A stretch of 49,500 bases of DNA from the NCBI GenBank assembly GCA_016186645.1, contig JACPLF010000007.1:75151-124650 (forward strand), read 5' to 3'. How positions within the stretch are numbered: the first letter of the stretch is position 1; each line of letters begins with the position of its first letter. Below the pieces are notes generated by a model. That model did no database searches. It had not been told where the DNA came from and saw only the letters and a list, made by a program, of their open reading frames with translations. Position numbers and translations under genes: made by a program. This stretch comes from Candidatus Levyibacteriota bacterium. Its GTDB lineage: Bacteria > Patescibacteriota > Microgenomatia > Levybacterales > UBA12049. Of this stretch, positions 8,197-18,522 are shown in pieces.

Positions 8197-9495
8197 ATGA
8201 TTAAAGTAAAAGGATTTGAAAAACAGATTAGTCAACAAAATGCTCTTTCTGCCATCAGGAAAAAACTTGTTGGAAAGACTCTTAATTATAAAGAAATTTT
8301 CAGCATAATGGACCAAATTGCCAAACAAAGATTGGGAGAAGTGCTAACAACATATTTTGCTGCATCCGGATATACGCAGGGATTTACAAATCAAGAACTT
8401 TATTTCCTCACAAAAGCCATGATCGAAACAGGAGAGAAATTACATTTCAAAGGAATTGTCGCAGACAAACATTCAATAGGCGGAGTTCCCGGTAATCGTA
8501 CGACTCTTATTGTAGTACCAATTATTGCAGCAGCCGGATTTTTGATTCCGAAAAGTTCCAGTCGTGCAATAACAACTAGCGGCACTGCAGATGACATGGA
8601 AATCTTGGCTCCAGTTATCCTCCCAAAAGAAAAAATACTCAAAATTGTAAAGAAAATAAAAGCTTGCATTGTTTGGGGAGGAAATTTTAATATTGCTCCT
8701 GCTGATGATTTGATCATTAATGTTGAAAAGGAATTAATGTTCGAAAGTTTCGACAAAATTATCCTTTCTATAATGGCAAAAAAAGTTGCTTTTGGCGCAA
8801 ATCACGTAGTGATAGACCTGCCTTATGGACAAACTTTAAAAGTGACGCACCTCAAAGACGCAGAAATTTTAAAAAATAAATTTGAGTATATTGCAAAAAA
8901 ATTTAATATAAAAATCCGAGTTCTGATTCATAGGACAGATGAACCTGTTGGGCGTGGCATTGGCCCTATCCTTGAGACAAAAGATGCCCTGAAAGTTTTG
9001 GAACAGACACCGGATAAACCTCTTGATCTTGAAATTAGAAGTTTAACTCTTGCAGGAAATCTTTTAGAGCTTTGTTTAAAAGACTCTGGGCAAAAATTAC
9101 AAGGGTCTGTCCGAGAAAATTTTGGCGATTGCATAGGTTGGGCGACAAAAATCTTACAAGATGGCTCTGCTTTGAAAAAAATGAAGGAGATAATTTTTGA
9201 ACAGGGAGGAAACCCAAATATTAATAGTAACAAATTAATACCAGGTGAATTTACTTATAAATTTAATGCAGAAAAAAATTGCGTAATTAAAGATATAGAC
9301 AGTAAAAATCTTACTCTTCTTGTGAAAGCGCTAGGTGCTCCATTACAAAAAGGTTCGGGAGTTTTCTTGGACAAAAAAGAGGGCGAGAAAGTGGAAAAAG
9401 GCGAGACGCTCTGTACACTTTACAGCGAAAACGTGTATAATCTGAGAAACGGAAAGAAGACAATCCAGGAATTTCCGATATTCAGTTTTTACTAA
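8197..9495 (+). CDS. AMP phosphorylase / thymidine phosphorylase family (archaeal type), lacking the N-terminal domain
   Basis: DKHSIGGVPGNRTT, SSRAIT..GTAD, APADD, SIMAKK, PVGRGIGPILE. Confidence 0.9.
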   Translation: MIKVKGFEKQISQQNALSAIRKKLVGKTLNYKEIFSIMDQIAKQRLGEVLTTYFAASGYTQGFTNQELYFLTKAMIETGEKLHFKGIVADKHSIGGVPGNRTTLIVVPIIAAAGFLIPKSSSRAITTSGTADDMEILAPVILPKEKILKIVKKIKACIVWGGNFNIAPADDLIINVEKELMFESFDKIILSIMAKKVAFGANHVVIDLPYGQTLKVTHLKDAEILKNKFEYIAKKFNIKIRVLIHRTDEPVGRGIGPILETKDALKVLEQTPDKPLDLEIRSLTLAGNLLELCLKDSGQKLQGSVRENFGDCIGWATKILQDGSALKKMKEIIFEQGGNPNINSNKLIPGEFTYKFNAEKNCVIKDIDSKNLTLLVKALGAPLQKGSGVFLDKKEGEKVEKGETLCTLYSENVYNLRNGKKTIQEFPIFSFY

Positions 9496-10452
9496 ATGAT
9501 AAGATTAACGGCTGTCTTAATATTGCTAGTAGTCTCTATTGTGGGAGGAGTTCTATGGTGGAAAAATGGCGTATCTGCAGTTGACCCAAAAAGTAAAGAT
9601 TCGGTTATCTTCGTCGTTACAAAAGGAATGGGAGTTAAAGAGATATCCAACGGCCTTAAGGAGAAAGGACTAGTAAAAAGTAGTGTTGTTTTCTTCCTTC
9701 TTGTAAAACAGTTGGGAATTGATAAGAGAATAGAAGCGGGAGATTTTAGATTATCCCCATCAATGACAGCTCAGGAAATTGCCGAAAATTTAACCCATGG
9801 AACTTTGGATATTTGGATTACCGTTCCAGAGGGAAAAAGAGCAGCAGAAATTGCACAAACTCTTAAGGATAAAATACCTACATATGATTCGTCTTGGCCA
9901 AATACCCTTGAATCTGAGGAGGGCTATCTTTTTCCAGATACTTACCTTATACCCAAAGACGCTGATATTGGAATGATTGTCAATCAGATGCGGGGAAATT
10001 TTGATGTGAAATATGCAACTCTGGATACTACCAATACAAATTTTACTCAGGAAGAAATTGTTATTCTTGCCTCACTGATTGAACGGGAGGCAATAACTGA
10101 TGCTGAAAAACCAATTATCGCGGGGGTATTACTAAACAGACTGAATGCAGGAATGGCACTTCAGGTTGATGCCACCATACAGTATGCAAAAGGACAAAAT
10201 ACTACAAACAAAAAATGGTGGGAACCTGTACTGATTGAGGAATACAAAACGGTTAAGTCGGATTACAATACTTATTTATTTGCCGGATTACCACCGCTCC
10301 CAATATCAAATCCCGGTCTAGTTGCTCTTAGTGCAGCAGCCAATCCTTCAGACACAGATTATTTATATTATATTCATGACAAAGATAGAAAAATACGGTA
10401 TGCAAAAACACTTGCCGAACACAACGCTAATATAGAAAAATTTGGATTGTAG
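9496..10452 (+). CDS. mltG: Endolytic transglycosylase MltG (YceG family)
   Basis: TVPEG, EGYLFPDTY, LASLIEREA, LQVDAT, YNTY..GLPP.PISNPG. Confidence 0.93.
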   Translation: MIRLTAVLILLVVSIVGGVLWWKNGVSAVDPKSKDSVIFVVTKGMGVKEISNGLKEKGLVKSSVVFFLLVKQLGIDKRIEAGDFRLSPSMTAQEIAENLTHGTLDIWITVPEGKRAAEIAQTLKDKIPTYDSSWPNTLESEEGYLFPDTYLIPKDADIGMIVNQMRGNFDVKYATLDTTNTNFTQEEIVILASLIEREAITDAEKPIIAGVLLNRLNAGMALQVDATIQYAKGQNTTNKKWWEPVLIEEYKTVKSDYNTYLFAGLPPLPISNPGLVALSAAANPSDTDYLYYIHDKDRKIRYAKTLAEHNANIEKFGL

Positions 10453-10460
10453 ATTTGAGG

Positions 10461-10784
10461 CTAATTAACTCGCCTTGAGATTCCCCTAAAAAATCTCCTA
10501 ACTTTTGGTTTTTCTTCTATTTCTATCTCTTTTATAGCAAATTCTCTTTTTCGCACAAATTCTTTTCTTGGTTTTTCCGCAATTACAACTTCGTCTAGCT
10601 CTTCAGTTTTTTCTCCTTTTTCAAGGAGATTGGAAATGTTATCTATTCCGTCTTCTGAAATTGCTTTTAAGAGTTTTTTTCCTCTTTTTGTTGCTAGCAA
10701 AAATACAACTGCAGCACCAATAAGAAGACCTATTAAAAATCCGCTGAAAAATTTTCCGTCTCCCTGGTTATTGTTATTATCCAT
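10461..10784 (-). CDS. YtxH-like membrane-anchored protein (start likely ATG 10784)
   Basis: FFSGFLIGLLIGAAVVFLLATKRGKK motif. Confidence 0.7.
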   Translation of the reverse strand: MDNNNNQGDGKFFSGFLIGLLIGAAVVFLLATKRGKKLLKAISEDGIDNISNLLEKGEKTEELDEVVIAEKPRKEFVRKREFAIKEIEIEEKPKVRRFFRGISRRVN

Positions 10785-11070
10785 TTTTATTCTCCTTCTT
10801 TTTCTTTTTGCCATCATCGCCTGAGATAATTTTCTTGAAAAGATTGATAAAAGTAGCTCCTGTTTTTATGCCCGTTGCAATTCCGGACAAAGAAGATATT
10901 GGAGCAGAAACGCTCTGTGTTATAACATTGGTATTGTCTAAAACTTTATTTGCTTTGGAAACTGTTTTACGAAATTCACGAAGAATGAAAAATACCTGAA
11001 CGCCAAGTGCAAAAAGCAAAACTGATAGTAAAATTATAACTACAATAAGAATAATTTGTGCAGAATCCAT
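10777..11070 (-). CDS. DUF948/YoxC-like membrane protein
   Basis: N-terminal TM then amphipathic helix; sits upstream of the YtxH-like gene. Confidence 0.6.
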   Translation of the reverse strand: MDSAQIILIVVIILLSVLLFALGVQVFFILREFRKTVSKANKVLDNTNVITQSVSAPISSLSGIATGIKTGATFINLFKKIISGDDGKKKKKENKNG

Positions 11071-11123
11071 ATTAATTTACGATACCATTATACGTTTTTC
11101 CTGTCAATTGTAACAAAGAGCAT

Positions 11124-11762
11124 CTAATTGGACTTAACCTCAATATATCTATCCACCGTTGTAGTTTTGCTAAAATTATTAACTGCTTTTATTGTTATTC
11201 TTGCCTTTCCCGGAAAGACATTAACTTTTTTTGTAAAATTACCGTCTTTATCCAAAGATGCTGTTTCATTATTGATAAAAACAGTTGAATTCAGATCTGT
11301 TTTGCCCATTACTGTAATTTCTTGTGTCTTAATAATTTCTCCGTCTTTTGGTTTTGAAACACTAAGCGAGGGATTAAAAATCGCAGCCCTATACTGAAAA
11401 ATTATGTAGGCAGCAAGGACAATAAGAATTAAAATGATAACTTTAAGAGTATGCGCAAACTTAATTCTTTTGAGTGGAAAATCATCTTTCCTGGCAAATC
11501 CATCCGGAAGAACTTTTACAAATTTATCTTCATCATATTCTCTTTTAAAAAGAGCCAGGAGCTCGTGTTCGGGAAGTCCCAAAAACTTAGCATAATTCCT
11601 GACGAATCCATGAGCATATGTACCCAATGGTAATTTTTTATATTCCCCTTTTTCAATATATGTAAGGAACGAAAGTCTAATTTTTGTTGCTTTTGAAACA
11701 TCCTCCAGAGTCAATCCTTTTTTGATTCGCTCTTCAGAAAGTCTTTCTCCTGCATGTACCAT
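11124..11762 (-). CDS. RodZ-like HTH membrane protein with C-terminal Ig-like domain
   Basis: GERLSEERIKKGLTLEDVSKATKIR...GFVRNYAKFLGL (HTH_25), TM, beta-rich tail; follows ftsK. Confidence 0.8.
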   Translation of the reverse strand: MVHAGERLSEERIKKGLTLEDVSKATKIRLSFLTYIEKGEYKKLPLGTYAHGFVRNYAKFLGLPEHELLALFKREYDEDKFVKVLPDGFARKDDFPLKRIKFAHTLKVIILILIVLAAYIIFQYRAAIFNPSLSVSKPKDGEIIKTQEITVMGKTDLNSTVFINNETASLDKDGNFTKKVNVFPGKARITIKAVNNFSKTTTVDRYIEVKSN

Positions 11763-11767
11763 AGCGG

Positions 11768-13876
11768 TTATCCTTGGTGTAGGGCGTTGATAATCTCTTC
11801 AGCATTTTTTACCAATACGTCTCTTGGTTTTGATCCCTCGGCATGGCCTACAACTCCCGCTGCTTCTAACTGATCCAGAATTCGCGCAGCTCTGGAATAC
11901 CCTATTGAAAGACGTCTTTGAAGAAGTGATGCCGAAGCCCGATCATACTGACAGACTGCTCTGATAGCTTCCTCAAATAGAGCATCTTTTCCGTCATTTC
12001 CCATTGATCCGGTTTTCTTCAAAACCAATGGGGTTGTAATAACCTCCTCAGTATATTCAACAGGAGGATTTTTGGTTTTGAGAAATTCTACAAGTCTTCT
12101 TACTTCCTTATCCGAAACGAATGCTCCTTGGATACGAGTCGGTTTTGCCTGATCAGGCGGAATATACAGCATGTCTCCGCGTCCCAAAAGTTTTTCTGCA
12201 CCTGGGGTATCAAGTATAACTCGGGAGTCAATCATTGAAGAAACATTAAATGCAATTCGGCATGGAACATTTGCTTTTATAAGACCTGTTATAACATCAA
12301 CTGACGGACGCTGAGTTGAGATAATCAAATGTATCCCTGTCGCTCTTGCCATCTGCGCTAGTCTTGCAATTGCATCTTCTACTTCAACCGGAGCAAATGC
12401 CATCAAATCTGCAAGTTCATCTATCAAAATAACTATATATGGAAGAGATTGGAAACCTGCTAATTCATTATAAGAATCGATATTCCTTACTCCTCTTTCG
12501 GCAAAAGTTTTGTATCTTCTCTCCATTTCGTCCATCGCCCATTTTAAAGATGCCAGAATTTTCTCAACTTCAACAATAACAGGAGTCATCAAATGCGGTA
12601 TGCCGTTATAACCTGTTAATTCCACTCTTTTAGGATCTATCAGAATAAGTTTTACCTCGGAAGGCGAGGCCCTAAATAAAAGTGAGGCAATAAAGGAATT
12701 GATAAGAACGGATTTTCCCGAGCCAGTTGTTCCGGCAATTAAAACATGCGGCATCTTTGCGATATTTGCGACAACTGGATTACCGCTTACATCCAATCCC
12801 AATGACACGATGAGTTTGGATTTGCTTTTATTCATAATGTTTGATTCAAGCATTGTTTTTAAAGTAACTACTTCCAGACTTCTATTGGGAATTTCTATTC
12901 CAACTAAATTTCTGCCCGGAATTGGCGCTTCAATTCTAATTTGTCCAGTCGGGGCTTCTGTTGCCAAAGCAAGATCATTAGAAAGACTGGTGATTTTGGA
13001 GATTTTCGTTCCTTGAGCAATCTCCATGGCATATTGAGTAACAGCCGGACCAAGATTAACCTCAACAACTTTTGCTTTTATAGAAAAACTTTGTAAGGTT
13101 TGCTCTATGGTCGTAGCGACTTTTTTTACATCTCCTCTGTCAGCCTTTTGCGGCGTTGCATCAGACAGAAGAGAGAAAGGAGGATATTCCCAAATACCTG
13201 CTTTTGTTAAAGAGTTGCTAACTAATTGATCTGCCAAAAGAGGAGGTTCTCTCTTGATTGCAGAAGAATTAATAATGGGAGCGCTGCTGGATAAGTTGGG
13301 AAGCGTTTTCCCTCCCTTTATTTTCATTGGCTTATCGTTAAAGGATGTATTGCTTTTATTCTTAAAAAAACCAATAAGTTTGCCGGGTAAAAGTCTATGA
13401 AGATTTTTAAATATAAGTGACACAAAATCTACAATTTGATCAACTGATGTATTGAAAAATACAATTAAACCAACAAGAACGCCGGCAAAATAAACAATGC
13501 TTGCGCCTATATTTGTTAAAATATCTGACAGAATTCCAAAAAGCTCTCTTCCAACCAATCCTCCGCGAGTTATGGCATCAAGCGATAAGAAGAAAAGCAA
13601 AAATCCAATCGAAACATTTATTCCGGATAAGAATAACTTGAGTTTTAAAAATAAAAATCCAAAGAATATTAAGACAAATGGAAAAAGAAATGAAACGGAT
13701 CCAAAATATCTATCTAGAAGATTATTTATGAAAACAAAAGAAGTTCCATTTTTGGTAAAAGATAAAAGAAGAATTATTCCGGCAACTATAAATCCAAAGG
13801 CAAAAATAGAATAAATAGTTCCTTTTTTGAGCTTTAGCTTTAATCTATTTCTTCTGTATCGCTTTCTTCTAGGCAT
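11768..13876 (-). CDS. ftsK: DNA translocase FtsK/SpoIIIE (start likely ATG 13876)
   Basis: 4TM N-terminus, MPHVLIAGTTGSGKS, IDELAD, STQRPSVDV, gamma domain SASLLQRRLSIGYSRAAR. Confidence 0.96.
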   Translation of the reverse strand: MPRRKRYRRNRLKLKLKKGTIYSIFAFGFIVAGIILLLSFTKNGTSFVFINNLLDRYFGSVSFLFPFVLIFFGFLFLKLKLFLSGINVSIGFLLFFLSLDAITRGGLVGRELFGILSDILTNIGASIVYFAGVLVGLIVFFNTSVDQIVDFVSLIFKNLHRLLPGKLIGFFKNKSNTSFNDKPMKIKGGKTLPNLSSSAPIINSSAIKREPPLLADQLVSNSLTKAGIWEYPPFSLLSDATPQKADRGDVKKVATTIEQTLQSFSIKAKVVEVNLGPAVTQYAMEIAQGTKISKITSLSNDLALATEAPTGQIRIEAPIPGRNLVGIEIPNRSLEVVTLKTMLESNIMNKSKSKLIVSLGLDVSGNPVVANIAKMPHVLIAGTTGSGKSVLINSFIASLLFRASPSEVKLILIDPKRVELTGYNGIPHLMTPVIVEVEKILASLKWAMDEMERRYKTFAERGVRNIDSYNELAGFQSLPYIVILIDELADLMAFAPVEVEDAIARLAQMARATGIHLIISTQRPSVDVITGLIKANVPCRIAFNVSSMIDSRVILDTPGAEKLLGRGDMLYIPPDQAKPTRIQGAFVSDKEVRRLVEFLKTKNPPVEYTEEVITTPLVLKKTGSMGNDGKDALFEEAIRAVCQYDRASASLLQRRLSIGYSRAARILDQLEAAGVVGHAEGSKPRDVLVKNAEEIINALHQG

Positions 13877-13938
13877 AGGTATATCAACTATTATAACACC
13901 CAAAAGATGGGGCACAAGTTGAATTATAAAAGAGATTC

Positions 13939-14238
13939 CTATAATAATCTATAAAGATCGTGCTTTCCTGCTCTTAAGAGCAGCACTCGTTTGTTTTTTC
14001 TATCTACATCGTAGTATATCCTGTCCCCTTTAGATACACGAATTGTATACTCACCTAAATTATGCTCATTTATTTTCTCTATTCCTTTTACAGTATAGTC
14101 AGTGGGATTATTCCTTAATTTACTTAAAGCCTTCTCTACTTGTCTTTTTCTTCTACGATGAAGTAATTCTAATTCTCTTTTTCCTTTTCCCGAAGATGGT
14201 AATACAATCTCAAACTCATCTTTTCTTCTTTGATTCAT
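13939..14238 (-). CDS. RelE/ParE-family toxin
   Basis: Basic 99 aa protein with EYTIRVSKGDRIYYDV...VLLLRAGKHD. Confidence 0.75.
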   Translation of the reverse strand: MNQRRKDEFEIVLPSSGKGKRELELLHRRRKRQVEKALSKLRNNPTDYTVKGIEKINEHNLGEYTIRVSKGDRIYYDVDRKNKRVLLLRAGKHDLYRLL

Positions 14239-14461
14239 TAGCTTTTATAAACTGTTCCCAAGTTGATATTCTACCTTTCGAAATCAACTCTCTGGATTCA
14301 GCTACAATCTCCATGTGCTCTGCTAATATTTTTGCGTTTTCATAATTTTCACTTGTCTTTTCTAAGGGCACGATAATAAATTGAACACTGTAATCGTTAG
14401 GAGCAACTAAAGACTTAACTATTGGAATTTTTGTTTGTGGTTGATAGTTTATTATATTCAT
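14216..14461 (-). CDS. Putative antitoxin
   Basis: Small ORF overlapping the toxin gene; C-terminal 'ESRELISKGRISTWEQF' resembles antitoxin tails. Confidence 0.55.
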   Translation of the reverse strand: MNIINYQPQTKIPIVKSLVAPNDYSVQFIIVPLEKTSENYENAKILAEHMEIVAESRELISKGRISTWEQFIKANESKKKR

Positions 14462-14463
14462 AT

Positions 14464-14730
14464 TTATTCTGATTTAATCTTTCCTAAGTGACTATTCAAG
14501 ATCGCAAGCAAGTCTTTTGCAACTGGTAGAGATAAAACTACCCGTGACACCAAGGTTCCAAACTGATTTCCATCTTTACTAATATCCTGAGGATGAATAA
14601 ATACAAAATCAATTATTACCTCTCCTGTTCTTGAAGATGTGCTCACTCGAATAATATTGGCATTAACAGGTGCTCTTAAATGCTCAGGAATGTTAACTTG
14701 TAATGATTTTGGTTTTCCTGATTCATCCAT
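14464..14730 (-). CDS. DUF3467-like protein
   Basis: PV.AN...V......EVIIDF...LVSRVVLS...AK.L..IL pattern. Confidence 0.65.
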   Translation of the reverse strand: MDESGKPKSLQVNIPEHLRAPVNANIIRVSTSSRTGEVIIDFVFIHPQDISKDGNQFGTLVSRVVLSLPVAKDLLAILNSHLGKIKSE

Positions 14731-14769
14731 AATAATATGATTATACCATATTTTCGATAATAGAAGATC

Positions 14770-14827
14770 TCAGACCTCGATCACAACCGGGAGAACGAGG
14801 GGGTGGCGGCGGAGGTCTTTGAAAATT
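14770..14827 (-). repeat. Second copy of the rnj 3' end (att-like island boundary)
   Basis: Encodes IFKDLRRHPLVLPVVIEV* versus IFKDLRRRPLVLPVVIEV* at 20211-20267; 23 bp identical core. Confidence 0.93.
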
Positions 14828-16673
14828 AGTGGATTTTTAAGGAGCCTTTTGTGATTGGAGTTATTGGATCTGCATTTTCTGGGTCACCTGCTTGATTATC
14901 ATAAAATAAGTTATTTGAAGAATCGATTATCTTTATTCTAATTCTATCTGTTCCAACTTTTTTATCTTCGTCAATTACTGATATAAAAATTGCATAGCTT
15001 CCTGAACCATTAATCGTTCCTATGCCCTTAAGTACGGCTTTATTGCCATTTATTACCAGCCATTGCAAAGAAGTTGAATCAAAACTAAAGTTTCCTCCTT
15101 TGAAATCTAAATTTATTTTTCCCGCAGGCACTGTATTATTTCCATTATATTTAGCCTGTATATTAAATTTTAATTGTCCAGTTACAGTAGGATTTTGAAT
15201 ATATGCTCCTAATTGTGAATTAAATGAGCCGGAACCTGTGACAAAACCTGCGCTTGGATCATAAATAACAACGGAACTATAACTTGCAGTACCTGAAGCA
15301 CCATGGTTGTCCGTAACCGTTACGCTTACCGTATAAACTCCTGCTGCAGTGTAAGTATGAGTTCCGCTTACTGACCCTGATCCGTTATTCTCTATAACAG
15401 AACCTGCTGATGCCGTATTGTCTCCCCAATTCCACACCGCTGTATGAGTACCACCAGTGTCAGAATCTGTAAATGTTGCGCCCACTGAAATAGAAGTGTT
15501 TACAGACACTGAATCCGCAGGCGCTGTAATTGCATCAACCACCGGAGAAACATTGTCAGAATAAAGTTCAGCAATAAGAGTGTCTCCAGCACCGAGTGTA
15601 CCTCCCCCCACAACAAGCACCTTACCGTTAGGCAAAATGGTCGCTGTATGATTATTGCGAGCATAGGTCATATTTCCAGTTGAGGAAAATGTGCCAATGA
15701 CCGGATCATATAGCTCTGCAGAGGAGAGTTTATGAACACCCCCATCACTATATCCGCCAGTGATGAGCACATTGCCGTTGGATAATAATGTTGCAGTATT
15801 CGTCCAACGCCCCTGAAGCATATCCCCCGTAGTTACAGCTATGCCAGCAACAGGATCATAAAGTTCTGCTGAGTCAAGAGGAAATACATAATTGTTATAG
15901 CCACCCGCAGTTAATAATTTACCGTTTAGTAAAACTGTAGCAGTGTGATCAATGCGGGGATAAACTGAATTTCCTGCCAAAGAAAAAGTTCCATGGTTTG
16001 GATCATATATCTCCAAATTGGTACCCGGATCAGGATCAAAAACGGTTGGCCTGTTGCCGCCTATGACCAATACTTTACCATTGCTCAATAATGTAGCTGT
16101 ATGGCCATAGCGAGCATACGTTATATCTCCAGTTAGTGTAAAACTACCTGTGGCAGGATCGTAAATTTCTGTATGTCGGGTGCTGCCAATTCCGTCTGTT
16201 GATCCTCCCACAATAAGTATCTTACCGTTAGAGAGTAAAGTAGCAGTGTGTCCATTGCGACCGTAAGCCATACTGCCAGTCGGAGTGAATATGCCAGTCG
16301 CAGGATCGTATAATTCTGCCTCACCTGAAGTATGATATGCCACTATACCTCCAGCAATCAATACTTTTCCATTAGGTAATAACGTCGCTGTATTGCCATA
16401 TTGACGGGATGCAAGGAGATTGCCAGTCTGAGAAAATGTACCAACTCCTGTATCATAAAGCTCCGCTGTTGGTATACTACCATTACCACCAACAATCAAT
16501 ACTTTACCGCTAGGAAGTAGAGTAGCTGAGTGACCGCTCCGTCCATAATTCAAGCTACCAGTTGCAGTGAAGATTCCCGAAGCGTAACTAGGTATAGCTG
16601 TACCAAATAATCCAGCTATACCAATGAGACAAATCAATATTGAAACTAGAATGTTTTTAAACTTAAAAACCAT
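14826..16673 (-). CDS. Secreted Kelch-repeat (7-blade) protein with a PKD domain
   Basis: Signal peptide, seven R..HTATLL.NGKVL..GG repeats, PKD motif WNWGD...HTYTAAGVYTVSVTVTD. Confidence 0.9.
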   Translation of the reverse strand: MVFKFKNILVSILICLIGIAGLFGTAIPSYASGIFTATGSLNYGRSGHSATLLPSGKVLIVGGNGSIPTAELYDTGVGTFSQTGNLLASRQYGNTATLLPNGKVLIAGGIVAYHTSGEAELYDPATGIFTPTGSMAYGRNGHTATLLSNGKILIVGGSTDGIGSTRHTEIYDPATGSFTLTGDITYARYGHTATLLSNGKVLVIGGNRPTVFDPDPGTNLEIYDPNHGTFSLAGNSVYPRIDHTATVLLNGKLLTAGGYNNYVFPLDSAELYDPVAGIAVTTGDMLQGRWTNTATLLSNGNVLITGGYSDGGVHKLSSAELYDPVIGTFSSTGNMTYARNNHTATILPNGKVLVVGGGTLGAGDTLIAELYSDNVSPVVDAITAPADSVSVNTSISVGATFTDSDTGGTHTAVWNWGDNTASAGSVIENNGSGSVSGTHTYTAAGVYTVSVTVTDNHGASGTASYSSVVIYDPSAGFVTGSGSFNSQLGAYIQNPTVTGQLKFNIQAKYNGNNTVPAGKINLDFKGGNFSFDSTSLQWLVINGNKAVLKGIGTINGSGSYAIFISVIDEDKKVGTDRIRIKIIDSSNNLFYDNQAGDPENADPITPITKGSLKIH

Positions 16674-16717
16674 ACACTATTCGTATCAAAGTTTACTTTA
16701 CGTGTCAATGTTCAATT

Positions 16718-18472
16718 TTAAAAATCGTCAATGGGTTGATTTTTTACAATCCGATCCTGCACCTCTTTTGTATAGGCTGTAGGAAGAAGATTATAAGCAT
16801 GCGTTATTGCCTGAATTGCGTTTTGCTTATGCCCCACTTTATATTCTGCCAATGCCAATAGTATCCAAAGTTGATCATTGTTAGGAAATATTTTTAATGC
16901 CTGTTGAGCAGCTTCTAGAGATCTTTGAGAGTTATTTGCTTTTAGTAGTATGTATATTCTATTGTGATATGCCGGATAATAATGGCTGTCCATTTGAATA
17001 GCTTTACCTAAATATTTTTCAGCTTGAGATAAATTTCCTTCTCGCATAAAAACTAGACCCATACTAGAAAAGGCGGAAGCAGTCGGGAGCAAATCAATAG
17101 ATTGCTGAAAATGGTCCTTTGCTCGTTTATTGTCTCCTAAAAGATATAATTCGATGCCAAGTTTATTTTGCAAATAAAAATTGTCCCTGTTAACTAGTGC
17201 ATCGCGAGAAAACAAACTATAACTACTATTCCAATCTGTATTTCGCACTATTGATCTTAGGCAAAAAATTATGAAACAAGTAATAATAAGTATGTACATT
17301 ATTATTTTTATATTTGTATTTTTAATAGTAATTGCATTAGCACTTACTCCTATTATTCCAAGCAATCCAACCATCGGGAAATAAAACCATCGATCAGCTA
17401 CTGTCATATCCAAAGGGAAAATCTGCAAATGAAGACCCAAGCCTATTAAAAACCAAAACACGAAAAAAAGATATGTTGGAAAGTGTAATTTTTTCTTCCA
17501 AATAAACACACCAAATGCCAATAGTACTAGAAAAAAGACACCTACAATTATCAACGGTATAAAAAAATCTTTCGCGTTAAAATTCTTGACAAGCCACATT
17601 TGACCAACCGATAGGTTAACGGGAATGAAAAAAGTATAGACATAGAATAAAATAATTTTAGGAATAGTGATCAACCGCTCTAGCATTGAAGCTGTGGCAA
17701 TTGGATCAACGTGTATTGAGCTGAAATAAATTTTCCCAACAAAAAAACGTAATCCAAGATATGTTCCTATCGATAACAGTGACGTTGCAAAATACTGCTT
17801 AAACCTTTTTACATGAAATAAAAATATATAAGTGGTAACTATCACTACAAATAGTATTCCAGTTTCCTTAGACAACAAAGACGACAATAATAAAAGAGGG
17901 GTTGCAATTAAAGAGAAAAATCCTGACTGTTTTTCAGATTGATTTGCTTTAAAAACAATAAGTATTGCCAACATCCCGAAAAAGAAAAACAACACTTCTT
18001 GAACGGCGGAAATATATACTGCTGATTCAACGTTTATGGGATGGGCAAGAAATATCAAAGACAAAAAAAGAGAAAGTTTTTTGGAGAAAAAATGAGAAAA
18101 AAGAATAAAGACTAATGTTGTGTTTATAATATGAAACGCTATCTGGAAAAAATGGAAATAAAAAGCATTTTGGCCAAACACAGTGTAAATTGAAGAGAAA
18201 AAAATCGTCATAAAAGGCTTGTAATATGTACCAGCTAATTGGTCTACGTTATTGCCTGGATCAAAAGTCCCACCTGCAAAAAAGCCAACAATATTCTGTA
18301 TTGAATGAGCTTTTGTGTTATTTATAATTTGTCCTACGTCGTCCCAGACAAAGCCATTGAAAAGAGAATTGAAAAAAACGATAAATCCGAGAATAATAAT
18401 GATATAAATTGCTTTGGGTATAGTTAAGGGATTAAAAAAATTAAGGAAGGGCTCTTGCTCCTTTTCATTCAT
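16718..18472 (-). CDS. TMTC-like (DUF1736) GT-C protein O-glycosyltransferase with C-terminal TPRs
   Basis: NGFVWDD, Y(K)P, HPINVESAVYIS, ADRWFYFP, RNTDW, TPR helices. Confidence 0.85.
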   Translation of the reverse strand: MNEKEQEPFLNFFNPLTIPKAIYIIIILGFIVFFNSLFNGFVWDDVGQIINNTKAHSIQNIVGFFAGGTFDPGNNVDQLAGTYYKPFMTIFFSSIYTVFGQNAFYFHFFQIAFHIINTTLVFILFSHFFSKKLSLFLSLIFLAHPINVESAVYISAVQEVLFFFFGMLAILIVFKANQSEKQSGFFSLIATPLLLLSSLLSKETGILFVVIVTTYIFLFHVKRFKQYFATSLLSIGTYLGLRFFVGKIYFSSIHVDPIATASMLERLITIPKIILFYVYTFFIPVNLSVGQMWLVKNFNAKDFFIPLIIVGVFFLVLLAFGVFIWKKKLHFPTYLFFVFWFLIGLGLHLQIFPLDMTVADRWFYFPMVGLLGIIGVSANAITIKNTNIKIIMYILIITCFIIFCLRSIVRNTDWNSSYSLFSRDALVNRDNFYLQNKLGIELYLLGDNKRAKDHFQQSIDLLPTASAFSSMGLVFMREGNLSQAEKYLGKAIQMDSHYYPAYHNRIYILLKANNSQRSLEAAQQALKIFPNNDQLWILLALAEYKVGHKQNAIQAITHAYNLLPTAYTKEVQDRIVKNQPIDDF

Positions 18473-18522
18473 GATCTTATGCTACTACTATAAAGTACGC
18501 GTTTCAACATCGGAATTAGTTG

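Noticed and set aside
14170-14238. Frameshifted toxin start (ATGA overlap giving MSLRLYY...)
   Set aside because: An in-frame ATG at 14238 already gives an intact toxin, so no frameshift is needed
15560-16580. DNA-level repeats in the Kelch gene as DGR template/variable repeats
   Set aside because: Explained by seven Kelch blades; no adenine-specific pair and no reverse transcriptase
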